Positions 1-10,023 of a DNA stretch of 13,889 nucleotides are shown here, piece after piece; position 1 is the first letter of the stretch, and the number at the start of each line of letters is the position of its first letter. Source of the stretch: Zygophlyctis sp. KS116 (taxonomy: Eukaryota; Fungi; Chytridiomycota); assembly GCA_054661495.1 (NCBI GenBank), contig BAAFSQ010000261.1:1-13889 (forward strand), written 5' to 3'. Position numbers and translations under genes: made by a program. A model generated the notes under the pieces. It was not told the DNA's origin. It was given only the letters and a program-made list of their open reading frames with translations, and made no database searches.

Positions 1-19
1 AAAGCAAAAGCAAGAAAAA

Positions 20-2372
20 ATGGCTTCAGAGCTCACTTTCGATATTTCAAGACCCCTGCTATTAGAGATTGCATGGGAAGTTGCAAACAAAGGTATTCTA
101 TCCGATAGATAATTACAGTCGGTGGGATATATACTGTTATTAGATCGAAAGCTCAGGTTACATGTAATGAATATGGAAATCGTTACTGTTTAATTGGTCC
201 ATTATCGTACAAAACGGCTCCAGCTGAAGTGGAAGAAATATTGGAGCCGCCATCAGATGCGTTTAAAGCAGCTTTGGAAAGGCTCAAGTTTGCAGGTGTA
301 AAGTATTTGTTTGGGAAATGGCTTATTGAGGGGTCGCCATATGTATTATTGTTTGATATCGGTGCTTCTGCACATAGAATGGATGAATGGAAGGAAAATC
401 TTTGGAATATTGCAGGAATACCTTCGCCGTCAAATGATCGTGAAACTAATGATGCTGTCATTTTTGGATACTTGGTAGCTTGGTTTCTCGGAGAGGTAAC
501 TTGATAAGATCAATTTAAAAAAAGCTTTGTTATTGTCAAGATAAATTTCAATCATTTCCGAGGAATGAAGTTGCTTCTGGACAGCTGACTAAAGATAGAC
601 CTGTCATTATTGCTCATTTTCACGAGTGGTTAGCAGGTGTTGCACTTATATTACTCAAAAATCGAAATTTGAATATAGCCACTGTATTTACTACACATGC
701 TACTCTATTGGGGAGATATTTATGTGCTGGGGATGTAGATTTTTATAACAACTTGAATCATTTTGATGTAGATGCAGAAGCTGGAAAAAGACAAATCTAT
801 CACAGATATTGTATTGAAAGAGCTGCAGCACATTGCGCAGATGTATTTACAACTGTAAGTCATATTACAGCTTATGAGGCGGAATTCCTATTGAAAAGAA
901 AACCTGGTAATTAAGAAATTTTTAAATATAGATGGAGTATTGCCAAATGGTCTTAACGTGGTAAAGTTTAGTGCAACTCATGAGTTTCAAAATCTGCACG
1001 CAAAGAACAAGGAAAAAATTCATGATTTTATACGGGGGCACTTTTACGGACATTGTGATTTTGATCTAGATAACACTTTGTATTTTTTCACGGCTGGTAG
1101 ATATGAGTATAGAAATAAGGGCGTTGATATGTTTATAGAGGCACTTGCAAGTATGAATTTTTCACTTTCATAATGATAGGGCTAAACGCCAAATTAAAGG
1201 CCATTAATTCAACTATTACTGTTGTTGCATTTATTATAATGCCCGCTGCAACTCACGGGTATACTGTTGAAGCGTTAAAGGGACAAGCTGTCACAAAACA
1301 ACTACATGATACGGTTACTGATATTCAAACTCAGATAGGAAAAAGAATTTTTGAACGGGCTTCTAGGTATAATAATTTTTAATTTATATTTAGAGATGGG
1401 AAAGTTCCTGATCCAAAGTCAATAGTCAGCGAAGAAGATATGGTCATGCTGAAAAGAAGGATTTTTGCCATGAAACGTGACACACTTCCTGCAATTGTCA
1501 CACATAATATGGCAGATGATAGCAATGATCCTATATTGAATCAAGTCCGGTCTGTGAAACTTTTCAACAATCGAAATGACCGTGTCAAGCTCATTTTTCA
1601 TCCAGAGTTTTTAAATGCCAATAATCCAATTTTAGGACTTGATTATGAAGAATTTGTCCGTGGATGCCATTTAGGAGTTTTCCCATCTTACTATGAACCT
1701 TGGGGTTATACTCCGGCAGAATGCACAGTCATGGGAGGTGTGATTTTATAAGTTGACTTTATAGTTCCTTCGATTACCACGAATTTATCTGGATTTGGTT
1801 GTTTTATGGCTGGTATAATATCTCATCCTGAAGACTATGGCATATATATAGTTGATCGTAGGTTGAAAAGTATTGAAGAATCATGTGAACAGCTCTGCAA
1901 CACTATGCTTGAATTTTCTCTTAAAACTCGTCGCCAAAGAATCAATCAACGCAATCGAACTGAAAGACTTTCAGATATTCTTGATTGGAAAAGAATGGGA
2001 CAAGAGTATATGAAGGCACGGTGGGTTGCTATTAGAAGGAAATGGCCTGATCTTGTTGCGGCTTTTGAATCCTCAAATTCTAATGATGATTTTGGTGCAG
2101 GTTATGAGTCAGATGTTTCTCCTGAATCTGCGAATTTTGAAGACTTGGCCTCATTATCATCTCGACAAAAAGTTCCAAGACCATCATCTATTCCCGGATC
2201 ACCAAAATCACGCATGCCTGATTCTATATTTTTGGATGGAAATCATCAACGTCAAGATTCAGTAGATTCATTTATACTCACTGATGAACTTCGAACGTTG
2301 GGTCTATTAGGAGACAGTACAGTGGATTTTGAGAGCGTCGAACAGGTAAAGCGCGCAACTTTAAAAAAATAA
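20..2372 (+). CDS. GSY: Glycogen synthase (GT3 family), 7 exons, ~729 aa
   Basis: ATG at 20. Removing introns 93-118 (26 nt), 496-524 (29), 907-931 (25), 1151-1179 (29), 1367-1393 (27) and 1738-1764 (27) gives one frame with [109 protein letters not shown] and the C-terminal phosphoregulatory RPSSIPGSP motif. TAA at 2370-2372. Confidence 0.97.
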
Positions 2373-3166
2373 TGAAAGCCTTGGTTGGAGTTAAAAGAGT
2401 TATTGATTATGCCGTCAAGATTAGAGTATCTGGTGGTAAAATAGATACATCAGTCAAGCATTCCATGAATCCATTTGATGAAATTGCCATTGAGGAAGCT
2501 GTTCGTTTAAAGGAAAAGAACATTGTCAAGGAAGTTATTGCAGTGTCAATTGGACCAGCCAAATCCCAAGAAACTCTACGAACAGCCTTGGCGATGGGTG
2601 CAGATAAGGCAATCCATGTCCAAGTCCCTGATGGAACTGAAGTCTTTCCGTTGCAAGTAAATATCTTTAAATTCAATTCTTAGATTGCAAAATGTTTCCA
2701 GAAATTAGTTGAAAAGGAAAGTCCTCAATTGGTTATTCTTGGGAAACAGGCGATTGATGATGATTCTAATCAGACTGGGCAAATGCTCGCTGGACTATTA
2801 AATTGGCCTCAGGCAACCTTTGCTTCAAAAATAGAAATTCAGGATAAAAAGATTACTGTAACTAGAGAAATTGATGGGGGGTTACAGGTTTTATCTTCTG
2901 ATCTACCTGCTGTAGTAACTGCAGATTTAAGGTAAATATCATGTCTAAGTTATAGATTAAATGAACCCCGTTATGCTACACTCCCAAATATTATGAAAGC
3001 GAAAAAGAAGCCACTTGATAAGACTACTCCAGAGGAGTTGGGAGTATCGATAGAATCTAAGCTAAAGGTTGTGGACATTTCTGAACCTGAAAAACGTTCA
3101 GGAGGAACTAAAGTGGAGTCTGTTGATGAACTAGTATCAAAATTAAAAGAAGCAGGATTGGTTTAA
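2372..3166 (+). CDS. ETFB: Electron transfer flavoprotein beta subunit, 3 exons, ~247 aa
   Basis: [93 protein letters not shown]. Introns 2657-2683 (27 nt) and 2932-2955 (24 nt). TAA at 3164-3166. Confidence 0.97.
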
Positions 3167-3181
3167 ACTTAATTATTTTTA

Positions 3182-5467
3182 CTAAAAATCCACAGGAGTA
3201 TGATGCTTATATTCCCATCTTTCGAAGTTTTCCCCACTTAAATCTGGTACAGGAGTGTTTTTTAGTTCTCGACGACCATTGAGAATTGTAGATGTCCAGT
3301 CCTTTTGTTCTTCGACAAATTTAGTTGATTGTTGAGTAATGATAGTTTCCAGATTCTTTGGGTGTAAATCAAGAAGATTGATGATATTATACTGGGCGTG
3401 CGACTTTGCAATATGTTTAACGATATTTTCCTGAGCAAATGGATCCACTCTCTGATCCTTTATGAGTGTCTCAACAATATCATAGTGACCACATATAGCC
3501 GCCACTCTTATAGGTAAATTGTCCCATACAGTTGGATCTACCTTGGGATTCTTTAACAAAATCTGAACTAGCTTAAGGAAACCACCCTCGCATGCAAAAA
3601 TTATTGGAGCATTACCATCAAAGGTTACATCAAAACGAGGATGTTGAAAAATAAACTCCAAAATACTTTCCCGGCGAAACTCAAATCCAGTATATAATTC
3701 TCTGGGAGATATGACAACTCTTTCATCTTGCATCAATCGTTTGACTATTTCCAATTTTTCCGCTCGAACAGCCCAATGAAGTGCAGCATTTTGATTCACC
3801 GATGGATCGATTCTATTTTCTTTCAATAATTGATCAAGCAATTCTAATTGACCGTGATGACAGATTGATACTAGTCCATTTCCTGCGTTAGGATCAACCC
3901 TTGGATCTTTCAAAAGTTGTTTGACAATCGAGAAATGCCTAGAGGTTAATGCAGCTTCTATAGCAGTATTGTTCAGATCAGAAGGATCAACATTTGGGTG
4001 CGACATCAATAATTCTACCATCTTTTCCTCTCCAGAATATGCACAACGACGAAGCAATGCATTGTTCCCAGCCGACGGATCAATTCTACTATCCTTAACC
4101 AGCTCCATCGCGACATCTAAATTCCCCATAAATGTTGAAATCCTCAATGCTTCATTATCTAAGGCGGAAGGATCCACATGTGGATTTTGAAGCAATTTTT
4201 GAACTATTTTTAAAAGCCCTTCAGCACTAGCCAGTCTTATAGCATTATTATCCATCAATGAAGCATCAATACCAGCATTATCCAGTAGCCTTAAAGCTTT
4301 TCCCACTCTTCTTTGAGAAATCGCTTCAATAATCTTTTTATATTTTTCTGAAAGCAGATTGGGAGTTTCTTGTGTGATTTCATCATTACATGTTTTTGGA
4401 ACGGTGTTTGAAGTTTTAGAAATCATCCCTATATCCTGATTAGATAATTTATTCTGATCAGCAGTGTCAATATTAGTGACATTATTACTTGAGACTATAA
4501 ACTTTTGTCCATACAAGGAATGTTTTCTGAAAACATCCAAAACACTTTCCTCTTGTAAAATTTCTGCAAGACGGATAGCATCAGAGGGATTTACTCTTGA
4601 ATCTTGTAAAAGAGCTTCAACGATTTTTGGGTGACCCTTTCTACAAGCATAAATAATTGCTGCATTATTATTTGCTGATGGATCCACTCTTTCATCTTGC
4701 AACATTTTTTTAACCAAATCATATTTTCCAAATCCACTACAGTATGCAATCGCCATATTATTCCCAGCTGAAGGATCAACTCTAGAATCTAACAATAGCA
4801 TCTTAGTAACACCTATATGATACTTTGTTAGAGCATATCTAAGACTTTCATTATTACAATCTCCAGGATTAATCTCATCTTTTAATAGCAACTTGAAAGC
4901 AATCCCAACAAGTCCTGCTGAGCAAACCATCCTAAAGAGTAAATTCCGATGATCAGCTAAATTTATTCTGGGATCATTGATAAGTCTCTTCACTACCGGC
5001 AAATGTCCCGCCTCCATAGCCAAAAGAATTCCTGCATTTTCACAGATTGCCGGATCAATCTTTGGATCATTTAAAAAATTCTCGACTTGAGAAATATCTC
5101 CCTTCTTACAAGCCTGAATGAATAGATCCCTATTATCATAATCGGGAAAATATTTAACTACTGCCGGAGATGATCTTTTGAATCCTACCATGAGAATGAG
5201 TCAATTACCTTGGGAAATACTTTTAAATAGTTGATTATATAACTGTAGTGTCTGCGGTCCACATCTCCTTGCAAAGAGAGATGGCGATCCAAAGAGAAGA
5301 TTAGACGGAAACATTTCAATAAGTGCCAGGGTTAGTGTTGAAACAGATCTGTTTTTCTCGTCTACTAGTCTACTTGACTGATGGTAGAAATCAAAATTTG
5401 GATCAATGCATACTCTAGTCATAAAAATAATAAAATTATTAAAAACACGATAATTATCATTGATCAT
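3182..5467 (-). CDS. Ankyrin-repeat protein (DPRVDPS-type repeats), 2 exons, ~740-750 aa
   Basis: Many repeats of the form D(P/S)R(V/I)DPSAxNNxAIxxAxxxGHxxIVxxLL in two blocks separated by a polar linker. A 24-nt intron at 5185-5208 (GTAATT...GGTAG on the minus strand) joins ORF 5201..5467 to ORF 3182..5191 in frame (SISQG|FKRSS). The start is either ATG 5467 or ATG 5422. Confidence 0.88.
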
Positions 5468-5856
5468 ATTGCTAAACCATACACATTTACAATGATATAC
5501 ATTGTCTTTGAATCATACTTGTATGTTGCAGTACCTTTTTTCATTATAATATTTCACATTACCATCCGATGCATTATCCCAAAAACATGAGGAGGCAACA
5601 TGTAATCCGGCGCCATTTTTCTGCATTATTGTACAAGTTGATATATACTTGAATGGTTTATTTAATCCAGTTAATTTCTTTAAACATTGTTCGACAATAT
5701 TTGAATTCCATTGTCCGACTTTATTATGATGATAAGGCGCATTTTGAATTGTAGATTCTATAGATTCCTTTATGACTGCATTGATTTCATCAACGACAAA
5801 TGCCTTCTTTGATATTATTTGAATCTACTTACTTCTTCTCCTCCAAAGTCTTCCAT
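5464..5856 (-). CDS. DYNLT1: Dynein light chain Tctex-1 type, 3 exons, ~112 aa (missed by the ORF track)
   Basis: Manual minus-strand translation with introns 5807-5832 (26 nt; AAGAAG tandem acceptor allows 29 nt) and 5535-5562 (28 nt): [113 protein letters not shown]-like sequence. KPFKY, [10 protein letters not shown] and SSCFWD are hallmark Tctex-1 motifs. Confidence 0.95.
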
Positions 5857-6086
5857 TTCTTTCGCGTTCTCGAGCCGGAGATTTCTTTCTGTTTGTCCCA
5901 ACTTGAATCTAATCATCTAGCGCTAGATAAAGATTGGAGCGATCACCTTTTCAAATATGCCCATTCAAAGATTTACCATGTCATGGTCAGTCTGATACTC
6001 ACTGCATTGCAGTGCATAGCTCACTGCGGACAATTTTCACTGATCAAATTTTCTTGGTTCAAATTTTCTTGGCACAAAAAGCTCTA
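5857..6086. promoter_or_regulatory. Divergent (bidirectional) promoter region between DYNLT1 and the Myb gene
   Basis: 230-bp gap between head-to-head ATGs. Contains TTTCGCGT (5860-5867), palindromes at 5915-5928, 5975-5987 and 6000-6014, and the direct repeat TCAAATTTTCTTGG (6044-6057, 6059-6072). Confidence 0.65.
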
Positions 6087-7939
6087 ATGTCTAGTCATTT
6101 AAAATCAATACTTACTTCTACGACCGATGATCGGATTCTAAAAAGGAAATTCAAGTCAAAGAATGTCAAGGGAGATGCTACAGATTTAAATTTCATTAAA
6201 GGTCCTTGGTCAAACGTTGAAAAGGCTAGGGTTTCTACTGCAGTTGATAATTATCTCAAAGAGAAAAATATTCCAAAAGAGGACTTGCAGCAACTGATAC
6301 ATCCTAGAAAGTCTAAATCTCAATACTCTACTAAAAACTTTTTTCAAGAGATTTTAGATTCTGCCAAAGTAAATAGATCGCTGGATCAACTGTATTGGTT
6401 TATGTCTAGGACTTTTTCAGATTTGGAGTCTCAAGGGGAAAAATGGACAAAGGAACAAGATTCTAAATTACGATTTTTAGTTCAACTCAAGGGGCATAAA
6501 TGGGTGGAGATTGAAGATGAATTAAAGAGAAAAGACTGTAGAGTGCGTTGGGAAAAAATATCTAGAAGTGATCTAGGGTTTAAGACTGGAAGATGGTCGA
6601 AAGAAGAAGAGGAGAAATTTATTCGAGGGAAAAAAGAGTTGGAAGAATTGTATAATATAACCAATCCAAATGACTTTAATGCTTGGACAGAATTATCTAT
6701 AAAGGTCGGATCTAGGTCATTTATGCAATGTAGGAACAAGTTTATACATGATATGTCTACGCTTGATTTTAATCAGGAATTCAAGGTTCAGTGGAGCTTG
6801 GAAGATGATCAAATACTAATTTCTCGTTTAATGCAGTTTTGCTCAGATGCAAAAGATGATTCTGAAATAATTTGGAATAATATTGCATCAAAAGATTGGC
6901 AACCATGGACTGGAGCTTTTTTACAAAGAAAGTGGTCAAAATTATCTTCAATAATATCACATCAGATTTCTCAATCTCAGCCAGTAAAGTTTATTGATAT
7001 TTTAAACTTTGCTCAAAAAAATATCAAGGAAGTCACTCCTTCTAAATATAAACACAGAGACTTGTTATCTCTGGATGAGAACAATGTAACTTTGGAGAAG
7101 ATAGAGTGGTCAATAGAAGACTCTCGTGAATTATTATCATACCTTCTTACACTATTTTCTAATGTACAAGATGAAGATGACATAGATTGGGATTCTTTAA
7201 AGTTCTCATGCTGGGATGGAGAATATTTGAAGAGTGTCTGGATCGAAATGAAGGAAACGTTAAAAATCAATCATTCTTTAACGTTTTTAGGTATTTTATC
7301 AAAGTAAATTAATGAATAGAAGCTGTTAAATTCTGTCAAGAAAATTTAATGCATTTAAGTAATGTTAAATCTAAGAAAATTGGAGATGAAAATGAAAAGA
7401 ATGAAGAACTTAATTCTAATTTGGGCGATTCAGAATTCAGCTCTCCTACGATGAAGGAAAAGAAAAGAAAAATTGAGATGACGACTGAATTGACCGTGGA
7501 AGAGAAGAAAAGGTTAAAAAAACGTGAAAAGAAAAAATCAAAAGCTTCATTGAAGGAAAAATCTGCCGACGTAGCTCAAGATGAACCACAAAAGAAAAAA
7601 GAAGCTCAAGAAACAATTGACGAGGAGTCTGAAGCAGCTATAATGAAGACATATAAGACGAAAAAATCAAAGGCTGTATTTACCGAAAAATCTGCTGACT
7701 TAGCTCAAGATGAGAGAAAAAAGAAAAAAAAAGTTCAAGAAACAATTGATGAGGAATCTGGGACAGCTATAATGAAGAAATATAAGAAGAAAAAAACAAA
7801 GGCTATATTAACAGAAAAATCTGCTGACTCGGCTCAAGATGAGCCAAAAAGGAAGAAAGAAATTCAAGAAAATATTGACGAAGAATCTGGCACAGCTTTA
7901 ATGAAGAAACATAAGAAGAAAAAAGATAAATTAATTTAG
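6087..7939 (+). CDS. Myb/SANT-repeat DNA-binding protein, Reb1/Nsi1/TTF-I/DMTF1-like, 2 exons, ~607 aa
   Basis: KGPWSNVEKARVSTAVDNYL followed by Trp-spaced Myb repeats (KWTKEQD...KWVEI...CRVRW; GRWSKEEE...WTELS..VGSRSFMQCRNKF). A 29-nt intron at 7291-7319 joins ORF 5934..7307 to ORF 7349..7939 in frame. First ATG at 6087. Lys/Glu-rich tail. Confidence 0.82.
7529..7915 (+). repeat. Three tandem 129-bp (43-aa) coding repeats in the Myb protein tail
   Basis: GAAAAATCTGC recurs at 7556, 7685 and 7814. Peptide unit KKKSKAxxxEKSADxAQDExxKKKxxQExIDEESxxAxMKxxK. Confidence 0.92.
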
Positions 7940-7955
7940 AAGAACGAAATAATAG

Positions 7956-9916
7956 CTAATTTGTTTTGCTAAAAATTGATTTTCTGGAAAAAGCGACTTG
8001 TTCAGATATCTTTTCCATGATTCTTTGAAAAAGTTTTCTTACTCTCTTAATCTCACAGAATAATACGCTGATTTGAGTTGAATCAGATTGAACATTTAGC
8101 AACATCGATGCACAATCCACTGCATCTATTGGTCCACGTTCCTGTTCCTCGCATATATTGATTTTACGTAAATTAGGAAAACGGCCGAAGATTTCTTGCT
8201 TCATATCATTACTTATTAATGATTGATTACAAAAAATCGCTATTATATCGTATGTTTCGGGCATTTTGTCCATAAAAGAAATAATTGAATTTTTTGCATC
8301 TAAAATGTCTATTTCTAGAATATTGAAATACATATAGATATACCTTTGATATCATAAAGCTTTCCAGTGCAGCCAAAAATGGTGCATATGTATTTTTTGA
8401 CTAATTTTATACTAACTGCTGATGACTTATCCACAAATAGAAGAGCTTTTTTTTCAACAATTCGCTGCAGCCTTTCTTCTAGCTGAATCTTAATTAGTTA
8501 CCTTTCCATTTTCTAACATTAATTGTTAATGCCCAAACTTCAGCCGTCGTATCGGAATCAAATCCTAGCTGAATGCTACGCAGTTTTGGGCCTTTATCGA
8601 TCCTCCTCTCAAGAAAAAATAAATTCAAGATACCATCAGGAGAGTATGATGCAGAAAGCATGTCAGATAGCAGTATTGGAAAATATGAAACATATTTCTT
8701 ATCTTGTGTTAGACTAGCCCTGCGAATTGGATAATCACAGCTGATACTTTCCCGGTTTAATTTAACTGACAATCTTTTGTCTTTATGCATAACAGATTCT
8801 TGAAGCTTAATTCAGATTATTCTATTATTATTACCTCGGATTCATTATTTGAAAGATTTAGCCCAGCTGTCCATGATCCATAAATGCTTCTTCTTTTATT
8901 GAGGCCGGCCTGTTTAGCTTTTAACTCGACATTGAGAATTTTTGATGCTCTTTCAATCACTTTTCTGGATAATTGTTCTTGTTGCAGATTTTTTAATTCC
9001 TTATCATCAAATTCAGAATCATCGGAATCCGTTTCATTTTGCTCGGCAATCACTTCTTCCTTTTCATTTGAATGAGTTGATTCGAGTTCTTCGTCTTCAT
9101 TTTGAATTGATGAAGGCTGAAAAGGGGAGTTGGAGATCTTGTTTATCTCTGTCTGGTGTAAATTTGATGCAACCGGATCATTATAAGAATCATTTTGAAT
9201 TGATCGGGCCTCTATTAAATTCATATCTGCCTTGCTGAGGCTTTTTTCATATTCTTCCATGCATGATTCAATCAAAATATACTCAACCAGCAAATCGGTC
9301 GACCTTTTTAGAGCTTCTTCTTCCATTTGAATTAATTCCGACCTGAAGTCCTTTATTATGCTTTCAAGAATATCAGTCACTAGTCTAAAAATCTGATCAT
9401 CCAAACCAGATTTACTTCTGGATAAATTACTGCATTTTTCATCATTGGATTCTATATTATTACTTGTTGGTGACTGGTAAAGTTCAACGGATTGCTCGTT
9501 TGATTCTCTTGATTTTTGAATATATGGAATAGTATTGTATAGACCTTCATTATCTATATTTTCTTCATTTTTTAGTGGATCTAGTGTCAGTGGAAGAATG
9601 TTTTCCCATTTGTCTTCTAATTGATCCGCATAGTAAATAACCTTGATGTCCGAACCATGGCGCTTTGTGGTATTTGAATTTGTGGTATAGTTTTTGACAT
9701 GAGGACGAGCTTCATGTGGATTCCTAATGGATGATGCATTATCTGAGAGATGTGTAAGGGAGCTGAAACTCAGCTGTGATAATGATACATTAAGCGATCT
9801 AGGTATGCTTGAAAGAGACTAAAAGTTAAATGCTTTACCGATACCTCTACTTTAGGAATGAAAGATGGATTAGTGATATCAGCCGTCGGCAGCGGAATGC
9901 TCTGATCTTGTTGCAT
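7956..9916 (-). CDS. Hypothetical protein, 5 exons, ~617 aa (Ser-rich N-terminus, acidic/coiled-coil middle)
   Basis: ATG at 9916 (MQQDQSIPLPTADI...). Introns 9819-9844 (26 nt), 8806-8834 (29), 8479-8501 (23) and 8315-8343 (29) link ORFs 8817..9404, 8494..8790 and 7956..8333 into one stop-free frame. No family recognised. Confidence 0.75.
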
Positions 9917-10023
9917 TAATGAGCCTCTAGGTGACGTAACAGCCAAATCGGTGATTTACCCTCGATTGACATCATCATCCTTTTGTTTTATTCCCCTTCC
10001 TTCCTTCTGTAATAATTAAAGGA
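9917..10023. promoter_or_regulatory. Short divergent promoter between the hypothetical gene and FAM72
   Basis: 107 bp between head-to-head ATGs. Contains a CRE-like GTGACGTA (9931-9938) and a pyrimidine tract (TTCCCCTTCCTTCCTTC) before the FAM72 ATG. Confidence 0.55.

Noticed and set aside
20-3166. Bacterial operon, frameshifted pseudogenes or programmed frameshifting as the cause of ORF fragmentation
   Set aside because: Every break coincides with a GT...AG AT-rich insert whose removal restores conserved motifs exactly, and the gene set (Tctex-1, Myb, FAM72) is eukaryotic.
5935-6075. U1 snRNA or snoRNA (GATCAC, CATTGCA and CTGA fragments)
   Set aside because: No ATACTTACC 5' end, no canonical Sm site and no convincing box C/D pair. 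An Rfam scan would be needed.
5934-6086. TTG-initiated N-terminal extension of the Myb gene
   Set aside because: Non-ATG start that translates the palindromes and direct repeats; ATG 6087 is more plausible.
5800-6087. ORF 5800..6087 (+), whose TAA overlaps the Myb ATG (a third TAATG)
   Set aside because: It overlaps DYNLT1 antisense and the promoter repeats and shows no recognisable protein features. TAATG also precedes ATGs at 9916 and 10928 without an upstream gene, so it may partly be ordinary start context.
7529-7915. CRISPR-like or non-coding repeat array
   Set aside because: The repeats are contiguous, in frame and coding, with no unique spacers.
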